A DNA stretch of 48,776 nucleotides, from assembly GCF_001194135.2 (NCBI RefSeq), contig NC_069000.1, forward strand, positions 42,406,189 through 42,454,964, given 5' to 3'. The stretch is from Octopus bimaculoides. Taxonomy: Eukaryota. The position numbers and the translations under genes are program-made. Below the pieces are notes generated by a model. That model saw only the letters and a list, made by a program, of their open reading frames with translations. It was not told the origin of the DNA and did no database searches. Each line of letters begins with the position of its first letter. Positions within the stretch are counted from its first letter, which is position 1. Below, piece after piece: positions 1-10,421 of this stretch.

Positions 1-55
<55 letters not shown>

Positions 56-620
56 GTATCATTATTATCACTGCTTGACATCTGCCTTCCATGCATGCGT
101 GAGTTGGACGGTTTGACAGGAGCCGATCAGGCAGAAAACTACCTCAGGCTACTGTGTCTGTTTTGGCAGAGTTTTTAAGGTTGGATGCCCTTCCTAACAC
201 CAACCACTCCAGCAGAGTGGACTGAGTGCTTTTTACGTGGCACCAGCACATATGACATCAGTTCTGGCATGGTTTTTACAGCTGGATGTCATTCCAAATG
301 CCAACCACTTTACAGTGTGGGCTGGATGCTTTTTACGTAGCTCCAGCACTGGCAGGGTTACCAAATAACTTGCAAGGCAAGAAATTTTGAGTGGGAAGTG
401 GGCTTCGAAGGAGGGGATCTTGTGTCAGATAAGGAAAGGTTAGAATGAGACAGAGAGGCAGAAACAGGTATCTTGCTATAGAGGAGGTACATGGTTACCT
501 GGCCAGAGAGAGAGAGTATACATGTGTGTATATATATAAAATATTATTAATTTGTATAATTATATTAAATATGTATATTATATCAATGTAATATTTATTG
601 TAATCCCTTCACTATTTCAG

Positions 621-846
621 TGGAATAGACCTGGTCGGCCTTATGATGAAACTTGGTATCGGTGAAAACATTTTGAAATCCAGGCTTGCTACAGGGGCAA
701 GCACGTTTGTCGTCGCATATGCTGTTCACAAAGTATTCGCTCCAGTTCGTATAGGCATTACATTGAGTGCAACCCCACTTATAGTGAAGTACCTTCGACT
801 TAAGGGGATATTAAAACCACCAAAACCAAAACCAATCTCAAAATAA
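621..846 (+). CDS. FAM210B: Terminal coding exon of FAM210B-like (DUF1279) mitochondrial membrane protein
   Basis: Acceptor actatttcag|T at 620/621. Frame from 622 reads GIDLVGLMMKLGIGENILKSRLATGASTFVVAYAVHKVFAPVRIGITLSATPLIVKYLR...PPKPKPISK*, matching the recalled FAM210B C-terminus (STFVVAYAIHKLFAPVRISITL..VPLIVRY). Upstream exons lie outside the window. Confidence 0.9.
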
Positions 847-948
847 AACCATATGTATTATTGTAATATAGATACACTGATATGTATTATAACCATATGT
901 ATATTTATATATATATATAAAAATATTTTTTTCTAAAAGAACAAAAAT

Positions 949-1016
949 AATAAACCAATGACTAATATATTTCTAATACTTGTGTGGGTCGATATGCCAA
1001 TAAAAACTAAAATAAA
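949..1016 (+). terminator. Cluster of AATAAA polyadenylation signals of the FAM210B-like gene
   Basis: AATAAA at 949-954, 999-1004 and 1011-1016, 100-170 nt after the stop codon and followed by GT/T-rich sequence. Confidence 0.5.
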
Positions 1017-1188
1017 CACACACTGGTTTGATACCACTTCTATCTTTTACCAATTAATTATTCAGTTGTTTGTTTAATGTGCTTCTCTGTCAGAGTCCTT
1101 TCAGTGCTACTCACAACCGCATCAGTGATGTGCCAAATACGAAAATGATGTATTTGAGCGGTATTTTGTTTGTCTTTATGTTCTGAGT

Positions 1189-1511
1189 TTTAGCCGAGAA
1201 AATCGACCCCAGGACTTATTCTTTCTAAGCCTAGTACTTATTCTATCGGTCTCTTTTTGCCAAACCGCTAAGTTACGGGGATGTAAACATAAAACCATCG
1301 GTTGTCAAGCGATGGTCGGGGGACAAATACAGGCACACAAACATATATAAATATACATATATACAACGGGCTTCTGTCTACCAAATCCACTCACAAGGCT
1401 TTGGTCGGCTGGAAGCTATAATAGAAGACACTTGCCCAAGATGCCATGCAGTGGGACTGAACCCAGAACCATGAGGTTGGTAAGCAAGCTACTTACCACA
1501 CACCCACTCCT

Positions 1512-1515
<4 letters not shown>
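1189..1515 (-). mobile_element. tRNA-derived CORE-like SINE (family A), near full length
   Basis: Reverse complement gives a head with A/B-box-like gtggtaagtagcttgc...ggttcagtccc, the CORE-like atcttgggcaagtgtctt, and the family 3' part shared with many other copies in the window. Confidence 0.8.
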
Positions 1516-1550
<35 letters not shown>

Positions 1551-1606
1551 TGTGTGCATATACGTGTTTAAACATACTATCACCTCAGTGAATATTTCTT
1601 TGAACA

Positions 1607-1653
<47 letters not shown>

Positions 1654-2468
1654 ACATATACTAACTATCATAAGTTTATTATTATAAATAATACATATCA
1701 CAGAGTGGAAATATGAAATATTTACCACTTAGGTACAAATTGTTAAGACATTGTTGTAGAGTAGAAGGAGTGAGAAGAAGATTGAGTGTATATAAGTTAA
1801 GCGGAATGGTTTAAACCAAGAACGAAAGGAAGTTTGGTGACAGAAGGTTGAGAAAACAGAACATGAAGCTTAGGGACGGGGGTGATATTTCTTTTAAAAA
1901 TTCATTAGTCTTTTATTAGCCTTCTGCATAATCTTTGCTATTAAGGCACTCAACTACAGTTAAATTATAATAAGATAAATTATATTTAAATTATAATAAT
2001 GAAATTTATACTGAAAAGAAAAACAGTTTTAAAAAAAAGTTAAAAATTTGTCATTTATAATACATGGAAAATAAAACCTCCTTTTGCTTACAGGAGAAAA
2101 AAAAATGTCAATTAAATATTTATAATAAAATTAAATAATAAAAACTCATTTTCTTTTGAGAAAAGTTTGAAAATTTCTTTGATAAAAATATATCCGTTTT
2201 GCCAACGATTAAGGGGCAGATAATAACCTATAATAAATATTTGCAATATCAGAGTTAATTCCCCTTCACCATAATTTTATTATTTTGTCTTTATTGTTTT
2301 TTTCTTTCTGATATTACTTGAGGATTTGATCCAGCACTCGATGCTGTTATGGAATCACGTATACATATACGAATTATGTATGTATATATGTAAGTGCGTG
2401 TATGCACATATCTATGTATATATATATATGTGCGTGTGCGCTTATATATATATATATATAGGCGTGTA

Positions 2469-2505
<37 letters not shown>

Positions 2506-3330
2506 GCGTGTATGTTCATGGAAACTGAGAGGTGACAATAAACGTGTAAAATTAATGGATTGAGTATTTTTTAGTCCTTGTTTATAAAATCACACAATGC
2601 GCATGTGCAAGAGAGCACACACGCACGCGTCGCGCGCGCGCACGCACTAAGTGGTAGAAAGACAACACCGTTGGATTCATGACGAACGTATATGTGTATG
2701 CGCAGGTTTAATAGCATGGCCACAGCTCTTGGTCTCAAACCAGTCGAGGNNNNNNNNNNNNNNNNNNNNNNNNNNNNNNNNNNNNNNNNNNNNNNNNNNN
2801 NNNNNNNNNNNNNNNNNNNNNNNNNNNNNNNNNNNNNNNNNNNNNNNNNNNNNNNNNNNNNNNNNNNNNNNNNNNNNNNNNNNNNNNNNNNNNNNNNNNN
2901 NNNNNNNNNNNNNNNNNNNNNNNNNNNNNNNNNNNNNNNNNNNNNNNNNNNNNNNNNNNNNNNNNNNNNNNNNNNNNNNNNNNNNNNNNNNNNNNNNNNN
3001 NNNNNNNNNNNNNNNNNNNNNNNNNNNNNNNNNNNNNNNNNNNNNNNNNNNNNNNNNNNNNNNNNNNNNNNNNNNNNNNNNNNNNNNNNNNNNNNNNNNN
3101 NNNNNNNNNNNNNNNNNNNNNNNNNNNNNNNNNNNNNNNNNNNNNNNNNNNNNNNNNNNNNNNNNNNNNNNNNNNNNNNNNNNNNNNNNNNNNNNNNNNN
3201 NNNNNNNNNNNNNNNNNNNNNNNNNNNNNNNNNNNNNNNNNNNNNNNNNNNNNNNNNNNNNNNNNNNNNNNNNNNNNNNNNNNNNNNNNNNNNNNNNNNN
3301 NNNNNNNNNNNNNNNNNNNNNNNNNNNNNN

Positions 3331-3800
3331 TTTTGAGAAATCTTGAGTTGTGCATGAGAAAGTAAGGAGGGATGTCAAAAAGGGCATCGCTGTTGCACTT
3401 CCAGATGGTAAGGGTTTTCCTATGACGCTGACATGCAGTGTCTGTGCAAGACCCTGCCTCAGTAAAGCTGGACTCAAGAGTCATCTTCGTGGTCATAAAG
3501 CGAGACTGATGATTGACAACCAGGCCGCTGGTGGTGGTGGTGCTACACACCATACCAGTCATATCTGTCGGGCATGTGGAAGGGAGTGTAATTCGGCGGG
3601 AGGACTTAGACAACATGCAAAGGTACATGAAGCCCAGTTACAACTACAGCCGGTCGTTGCCGGCAAAGGTTTTGGCTGCCAATTCTGTACAAGACATTGT
3701 AGATCTTTAGCTGGGCTAAAAGGTCACATTCGATCACAGCACCGATAACAGCTAAGCCTCGTGCAATGGCCATACTTGAGAACAAGGGGGCAGCCATCAT
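3331..3800 (+). mobile_element. 3' end of an RTE-clade LINE (ORF2 C-terminus) with three C2H2-type fingers
   Basis: FEKS*VVHEKVRRDVKK (in-frame TGA at 3344-3346) followed by CSVCARPCLSKAGLKSHLRGH, CRACGRECNSAGGLRQHAKVH and CQFCTRHCRSLAGLKGHIRSQH*. The C..C.R.C.S..GL.SH pattern resembles RTE ORF2 ends, and TGEKP linkers are absent. The upstream part is lost in the gap 2750-3330. Confidence 0.65.
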
Positions 3801-4156
3801 GTGTATAATTATATATATAATATATAAATGTATATATATGTGTATGTATATAAATATATATATACAGTAGATTTGTTCAACAAAACAGCTTGCTCACGAA
3901 ATTAACATTCAAGTGGCTGAGTACTCCACAGACATGCGTACCCTTAACGTAGCTCTTGGGGAGATTCAGTATGATGCAGAACGCAACAAGTGTGGCCCCT
4001 TTTAATTACAAGGTCCAACTCATTTTTGTCTAGCTGAGTTGGAATTGAAGCAACGTGAAATGAAGTGTCTTGCTCAAGGACACAACACACGACTGGGATT
4101 TGAACTCATAGCTTTATGATTGAGCTGAATACACAAACCACTAGGCTAGGCATCTT

Positions 4157-4202
<46 letters not shown>

Positions 4203-4493
4203 NNNNNNNNNNNNNNNNNNNNNNNNNNNNNNNNNNNNNNNNNNNNNNNNNNNNNNNNNNNNNNNNNNNNNNNNNNNNNNNNNNNNNNNNNNNNNNNNNN
4301 NNNNNNNNNNNNNNNNNNNNNNNNNNNNNNNNNNNNNNNNNNNNNNNNNNNNNNNNNNNNNNNNNNNNNNNNNNNNNNNNNNNNNNNNNNNNNNNNNNNN
4401 NNNNNNNNNNNNNNNNNNNNNNNNNNNNNNNNNNNNNNNNNNNNNNNNNNNNNNNNNNNNNNNNNNNNNNNNNNNNNNNNNNNATATATATAT

Positions 4494-4651
4494 ATATACG
4501 ACGAGCTTCTTTCAGTTTCCATCTACCAAATCCACTCGCAAGGATTTGGTCAGCCCGAGGCTAAGTAGAAGACACTTGCCCAAGGTGCCACACAGTGGGA
4601 CTGAACCCGGAACCGTGTGGTTGAGAAGCATGCATCTTACCACACAGCCAC
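4494..4651 (-). mobile_element. Family A SINE, 5' half
   Basis: Same head and CORE-like motif (cacttgcccaaggtgcc on +) as 1189-1515. Confidence 0.8.
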
Positions 4652-4719
4652 ATATTCGTTGACGTGAACAGAAAGAACAATGCAAAATATGAGTATATTT
4701 TTATTGATATTTAGCAAAA

Positions 4720-4823
4720 GTAGCAGAGTGATTCAAGACAAGGGTTTCATGTGTTGCCACTTACCAAACTAGTTTGATAATTGGCAGCACACGAAACTCT
4801 CAGCTCTTGAGTCACTCTGTTAC
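4720..4823. mobile_element. Small hairpin MITE with about 40-bp TIRs
   Basis: gtagcagagtgattcaagac...tgttgcca versus tggcagcac...tcttgagtcactctgttac. Confidence 0.65.
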
Positions 4824-5050
4824 TTCTGCTAAATATTAATAAAATATATATATACATATATATATTATGAATATCACATAATGCATGTGTATTGTTAAAC
4901 AGTAAGGCTGTGGTAATTTGTCTAAAGGAGGCTCCTTTAAAGATGTATAGTGTTAAAAAATGCAGTATACTTCGAAGCTCGACAAAATGACCCTGGAAGT
5001 GAACAACAACAATACATTCTTGCATACATAAAACGCATATATACATGCAT

Positions 5051-5097
<47 letters not shown>

Positions 5098-5115
5098 TAC
5101 ATCTGTGTGTATGTG

Positions 5116-5181
<66 letters not shown>

Positions 5182-5260
5182 CCGGAGTAAGCACATGAAA
5201 TGTGCAACAAGGTGGAAAAAAGAGTACTCAAATACCAGAGGTAGAGTAATATGCTTTAAA

Positions 5261-5341
<81 letters not shown>

Positions 5342-5680
5342 TATGGATGATGATGATGATGTATATATGTATGCATATGCATACATGCATAAACACACAA
5401 CATATACACCTGAAATCAGAAGGCTGTAACTGCATATGTGTGTGTGTGTGTTTATTATTATATCTTTGTGTGTGTTTGTTGCATTTCACATTCAGAAATC
5501 TACAATTGCATCCATGTGCGCGTGCGTGTATGTATACGTGTGTGTATGGCTGTTCTTTGCCATCTAAACACAAACACACAGATACATACATACATACATG
5601 CATGCAGTCAGATCAGAAAGCTGTGGTTTTAGAGTACATATGTGTTTATGGTAATGTGTGTGCGTGTTTGTGCATATATA

Positions 5681-5754
<74 letters not shown>

Positions 5755-6253
5755 NNNNNNNNNNNNNNNNNNNNNNNNNNNNNNNNNNNNNNNNNNNNNN
5801 NNNNNNNNNNNNNNNNNNNNNNNNNNNNNNNNNNNNNNNNNNNNNNNNNNNNNNNNNNNNNNNNNNNNNNNNNNNNNNNNNNNNNNNNNNNNNNNNNNNN
5901 NNNNNNNNNNNNNNNNNNNNNNNNNNNNNNNNNNNNNNNNNNNNNNNNNNNNNNNNNNNNNNNNNNNNNNNNNNNNNNNNNNNNNNNNNNNNNNNNNNNN
6001 NNNNNNNNNNNNNNNNNNNNNNNNNNNNNNNNNNNNNNNNNNNNNNNNNNNNNNNNNNNNNNNNNNNNNNNNNNNNNNNNNNNNNNNNNNNNNNNNNNNN
6101 NNNNNNNNNNNNNNNNNNNNNNNNNNNNNNNNNNNNNNNNNNNNNNNNNNNNNNNNNNNNNNNNNNNNNNNNNNNNNNNNNNNNNNNNNNNNNNNNNNNN
6201 NNNNNNNNNNNNNNNNNNNNNNNNNNNNNNNNNNNNNNNNNNNNNNNNNNNNN

Positions 6254-6506
6254 GTGGAAGGTGTTTATAAGCCATTTAAGAAACACGCAAAAACCGTTAG
6301 ATTCATTTCAACATTTAAATTTAATTTGCTAAAATATTTTCAACGCTTTGAGACCACAACCTGTTCACCGAAGAAATTCTGTGCAGCACGGAATTTTGCA
6401 GCACAGTCTCAAAGCGCTGAATATATTTTGGCAAATTAAATTTAAATGTTGAAGTGAATCTAACGGTTTTTGTGTGTTTCTTAAATGGCTTATAAACACC
6501 TTCCAC
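6254..6506. mobile_element. Palindromic MITE with about 95-bp inverted arms
   Basis: gtggaaggtgtttataagccatttaagaaacac...ctttgagac (6254-6353) is mirrored by gtctcaaagcg...gtgtttcttaaatggcttataaacaccttccac (6405-6506); the left end is lost in a gap. Confidence 0.8.
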
Positions 6507-6987
6507 GCTGCAATTGTTTTCGTTCCAGCACACGATCTCAGATCAGGTCACTTGCTATGCAAGTACATCTCCATAATATACATACATATATATTTATATA
6601 TATGTGTGCGTATGTGTGTCCGTTTCTCTATCTAGACATACACACATACAGTCAGATGAAAAAGCCATGATATTGCGTATGTGTTTGTGGTCATGCAACT
6701 GTGCAAATATCTATATGCTTATTTCTCTCTAAACACACAAACATCGCTTCTAATCACAATTTATCACATATATATATATATATATATTTGTGTGTGTGTG
6801 TGTGCGTGCACGCACAATCAAATCAATTAGCAGCAGTTAATCAGTTAAACAGTCATAAATGTTGTTTTTTTTATGTTGTTACCAGCACCCAACTATGTCA
6901 GTTATCAATCAACAAGGGTCACTTGATTAAAAATGAGATTCTGTTAGATTTCCCTAAGTTTTGTTAGTGTGAGATGACCGATCCGCT

Positions 6988-7407
6988 CTACTCATTGCAA
7001 CTGTAAGGCGGGGGTGGCGGCAAATGTTGGTGCGGTGAAGAATTCAATAATGGATATTCTCTCTCTGGATTCATTCCATTCTCCTGCTGTGGCTGTTGCT
7101 GCTGCGGCTGTTGCTGCTGCGGCTGTTGTGATTGATCTTGTAGTTGTTGTTGCTGTTGTTGCTGCTGGTCTTGATGTGGTGCAGTCGTGTGCTGCTGCTG
7201 CTGCACTACCTGCTCATAGGTGGGCGGCTTACAAGTGTCCGTCAAGGAAGAAGGATTCTGAGGGTCGATCATTGGGTTAATGTACAGGGGTGGGGGAGTT
7301 TGTACGACCTCAGAGTAAGGTGGAGGACTGTCGGCCATTTGGGGATGAGACAAGTTATGGAAATGCTGCCGTTGCTGGTCCTCGTATTCAATTATGGTCG
7401 CCAAATC
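6988..7407 (-). CDS. Terminal exon of single-pass PY-motif (PPxY) membrane protein; Gln/Pro-rich cytoplasmic tail
   Basis: Minus-strand acceptor gtgattctctttcag|GAT (phase 0). Reads DLATIIEYEDQQRQHF...SPPPYSEVV...KPPTYEQVV...polyQ...PPPPPYSCNE*, with stop TAG at 6990-6988. Confidence 0.85.
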   Translation of the reverse strand, partial: DLATIIEYEDQQRQHFHNLSHPQMADSPPPYSEVVQTPPPLYINPMIDPQNPSSLTDTCKPPTYEQVVQQQQHTTAPHQDQQQQQQQQLQDQSQQPQQQQPQQQQPQQENGMNPEREYPLLNSSPHQHLPPPPPYSCNE

Positions 7408-7489
7408 CTGAAAGAGAATCACAACATCGTCGATAATTCATTTTTAATGATTGAACTCAAAGAAAATAAAACAAAATAACATGCATGTA

Positions 7490-7885
7490 AATCATCATCA
7501 TCACCATCATTATCATCCTTTAACGTCCGTTTTCCATGCTGGTATGGGTTGAACTGTTTGACCGGAGCTGTATCAGATTCCACTCTGATCTGGCTTGGTT
7601 TATATACCTCGATGGCCTTCCTCCTAATGCCAACCACTTTACAGTGTGTGCTGGGTGCTTTTAACATGCCACCAATACGTGCACTCTGATGGTGCCACCG
7701 GCAGGAGTGCTTTTTATGTGGCACTGGCACAGGACTCTTGCAGACCAAATCCTTGTCACTAGGGAATGTGGCCCTTAACACATCAGCTGTGGGGAACAGG
7801 TCTTCTTGAGTATAGCAAGGCACCAGGTATCTTAGTCCTGTGTCATTTTGTCCGAAAGGTTCGGCATTCTGAGGTCATCCTTCAG
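7490..7885 (-). mobile_element. 5'-truncated RTE LINE 3' end with (GAT)n tail (repeat family B)
   Basis: Minus strand encodes decayed KILKDDLRMPNLSDKMTQD*DTWCLAILKKT, then the family-B 3' UTR ending ...gcatggaaaacggacgttaaa(gat)n. Confidence 0.65.
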
Positions 7886-7895
7886 TATTTTGTCT

Positions 7896-8776
7896 GGTTT
7901 CAAATTTTGGCACGAGGACAGTTGGTGCTTATATTATCAATCTCGTAAGGATGAAAGACAAAGTCAACTTTGGTGGAGTTTAAACTTGGAATGTAAAAAT
8001 GGACAAAATCCCTATAACCATTTTACCCAACGTGTTAAGGATTCTGCCAGCTCGCCATCTTAAACTGCTGTTAATATTGGTTTCAAATTTTGGCACTAGA
8101 TCAGCATTTTGGGCAGTAGAGATAAGTCAGTTACATCAACCCCAGTGCTCAACTGGTACTTTATCTAACCACTAGGTTAGATAAATGTTTGATTAAAACA
8201 AAAAGCAAAAAATTAAATTAGAAGAAAGGTTGTCAAATTACCGTGTGGTTACTTGTGGTCAAATGTCCACTCCGGTCAATTATAAGTACACCTCGTCGTT
8301 GTAGCAATCGTAATCTCCGGGAACGGAGGTAAAAGAAAAATGTCCAAAACAAAATTTTCAAAAAAATGAAGACAATGACTCTGTGGAAAACAAGAAGAAA
8401 TCTCAGAATTAAATGTATTTCTGTTGGAAAAATTTCGTTTTTATTTTTTCTTGTTGATTACATTAACCCCTTCCCCCAGTACGCAACTGGTACTTATTTT
8501 ATCAACCCTGGAAGGATGAAAGGCAAAGTCGACTTAGGCAGAATTTGAAAATATTAATAATAATAATAATCCTTTTCGTTATAGGTCAGAAATTTGCAGA
8601 TAGGGGACTTGTCAATTACAAAGACCCCAGTGCAGAACCAGCCCTTTATTTTACTGACCCTGAAAGGATGAAAGGTAAAGCCAACCCTGATGGAATTGGA
8701 ACTCAGAATGCAAGGATGGACAAAATGTCGTTAAGCATTTTACCTGCCATGCGAAAACTTCTGCCATTTCATCACC

Positions 8777-8820
<44 letters not shown>

Positions 8821-9035
8821 CCTTTCTACTATAGGCACAAGGGCTGAAATTTGGGGGAAGGGGAATAGTTGATTACATCAACCCCAGGATTCAACTGGTA
8901 CTTGATTTATCAACCCCGAAAGGTTGAAAGGCAAAGTCAACCTAAGCGGAATTTGAACTCAGAATGTAGCAACAGACGAAATACCGCTAAGCATTTCACC
9001 CGGTGTGCTAACGATTCTGCCAGCTCGTTACCTTC
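7896..9035 (-). mobile_element. Array of about five co-oriented family C tRNA-SINE copies/fragments flanking the TM exon
   Basis: Repeated tttcaaattttggcac...cccagtg/tcaactggtactt...gaaaggatgaaaggcaaagtc...gattctgccagctcg units at about 7896, 8076, 8455, 8575 and 8820, some with (AAT)n tails. Exon 8242-8380 lies inside this span and is not part of the repeats. Confidence 0.75.
8242..8380 (-). CDS. Transmembrane exon of the PY-motif protein
   Basis: Acceptor tttcttcttgttttccacag|A at 8381/8380 and donor ACG|gtaatt at 8242/8241; 139 nt (1 nt + 46 codons). Reads VIVFIFLKILFWTFFFYLRSRRLRLLQRRGVLIIDRSGHLTTSNHT, a hydrophobic helix followed by a basic stop-transfer stretch. Its phase-0 end matches the terminal exon. 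Confidence 0.8.
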
Positions 9036-9049
9036 AGTTAATAATAATA

Positions 9050-9395
9050 ACAAGAGCACTCAGAGAGCACAAACTTCCATCAAGGCAACACCAATGTCCT
9101 TTCAACGATTAGCCAGAGATGATTTTTTAAATGAGAATATCTAAAATAAACTCGACTGCTCTCACAAACAAGAATACTAAAAATGAACCTGACCACTCTC
9201 AAAAATTAAGTAAAAAAAAAAAAACGGAAAAATAATCCAGAATCCTTGTCTGGTACCGGATTGATCCCAAAATCTAATCAGTTTGTGCCAGTCATGAGGC
9301 TAAACATCCCTGAAAGTGTCATCCGAATCCATCCAGTGGTTCTTGAGATATCTTGTTCGTGGACAAACAAACGTATGCCACTGAAAACAATAGTA
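9050..9395 (+). mobile_element. Interspersed non-SINE repeat, class uncertain (Helitron/DINE-like)
   Basis: aagagcactcagagagc...cccaaaatctaatcagttt...gttcttgagatatcttg...acaaacaaac structure, recalled as a common octopus repeat; no TIR or TSD verified. Confidence 0.35.
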
Positions 9396-9409
9396 GTAGT
9401 AATACTCAC

Positions 9410-9429
9410 ACATAGTAGTATCTGAACAT
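9410..9429 (-). CDS. Probable first coding segment (MFRYYYV) of the PY-motif protein, inside exon 9466-9410
   Basis: Acceptor ttctctttttttcag at 9467/9466 and donor TATGT|gtgagt at 9410/9409. ATG in AAAATGT context at 9429-9427, with an in-frame TAA upstream in the same exon. The phase-2 end (GT|A) joins the TM exon in frame. Confidence 0.7.
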
Positions 9430-10053
9430 TTTAGATTCCTGAGAGAAATCTTACATAAAACCAATTCTGAAAAAAAGAGAACAGAATTGAGAGAATATGA
9501 ATACCACAAATACAGTATGATAATGTAAAGCGGAACAAATCCAGGAGTTCTGGGTCTGGGAAATAGCAGAGAAAATACTAGAGAAAGAAGAGTATTATAG
9601 TTTGCTAGAAGCATTGTAGTATAGAAGTAGAAAAATAAATGAAAAAGGAAAGCTTCTAACAATGCCGAGAATAGAGTTGCAAAAACATTTTATATTTCAG
9701 ACACAAAGGTCCGTCTTCAGTAGAATGCAGCTTGCAGAACAACCTTCATGATGGATATTATTATTGCGAAGAGTCAGTCCCACTCTCCCATCCTACAAAC
9801 TTATATCGGTCTGCTGCAACAAGTGCCACTGGACCCAGTATTTACGAGAATGCAGGATTTGTATGGAGTTAGCTTCTCTTTGATGAGCTGCTAAAGGGCC
9901 ACATCTACCCACGGTTCAATGTATTGTCTGAAAGTTTGATGGTGTTAGTGCTGATGTATATTATTATAGAGGGTATGGTTTGTGCTGAACCTGTTCTACT
10001 CTCTCATTCTTCAGACATTGTTGGTTTGGTGCAACAAGTGTCACAAGTCCAGT

Positions 10054-10421
10054 TGTTGGCACTCCGTCACTTACGACGTTGAGGGTTCCAGTTGATCCGA
10101 TCAACGGAACAGCCTGCTCGTGAAATTAACGTGCAAGTGGCTGAACACTCCACAGACACGTGTACCCTTAACGTAGTTCTCGGGGATATTCAGCGTGATA
10201 CAGTGTGACAAGGCTGACCTTTTGAATTACAGGAAGTAAGAGTGAGAGAAAGTTGCGGTGAAAGAGTACAGCAGGGTTCGCCACCATCCCCTGCCGGAGC
10301 CTCGTGGAGCTTTAGGTGTTTTCGCTCAATAAACACTCAGAACGCCGGGGCTGGGAATCGAAACCATGATCCTATAACCGTGAGCCCGCTGCCCTAACCA
10401 CTGGACCATTGCGCCTCCACT
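10054..10421 (-). mobile_element. Full-length family D tRNA-SINE with an 11-bp target-site duplication
   Basis: Head gtggaggcgcaatggtccagtggttagggc...ggtttcgattccc on the minus strand; identical acaagtccagt at 10043-10053 and 10422-10432. Related fragments at about 3860-4110, 10585-10740 and 22555-22760. Confidence 0.85.

Noticed and set aside
2651-3346. Long ORFs spanning N runs (also at 4106-4568, 5347-6439, 12639-13620, 18750-19793, 27414-27885, 34134-34607, 42828-43488, 47276-47833)
   Set aside because: Their length comes from X codons in assembly gaps; they are not evidence of genes.
3350-3748. Stand-alone C2H2 zinc-finger transcription factor gene
   Set aside because: No TGEKP linkers, an in-frame stop immediately upstream, and RTE-like flanking residues favour a LINE origin; kept only as a mobile-element finding.
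4747-5700. [12 protein letters not shown] and HTHTHT ORFs here and at 10693-11580 and 15089-15590
   Set aside because: Translations of (TA)n and (CA)n microsatellites.
10340-10421. tRNA genes (also 18465-18550 and 22555-22625)
   Set aside because: The A/B boxes are SINE heads running into SINE bodies; no complete cloverleaf could be built.
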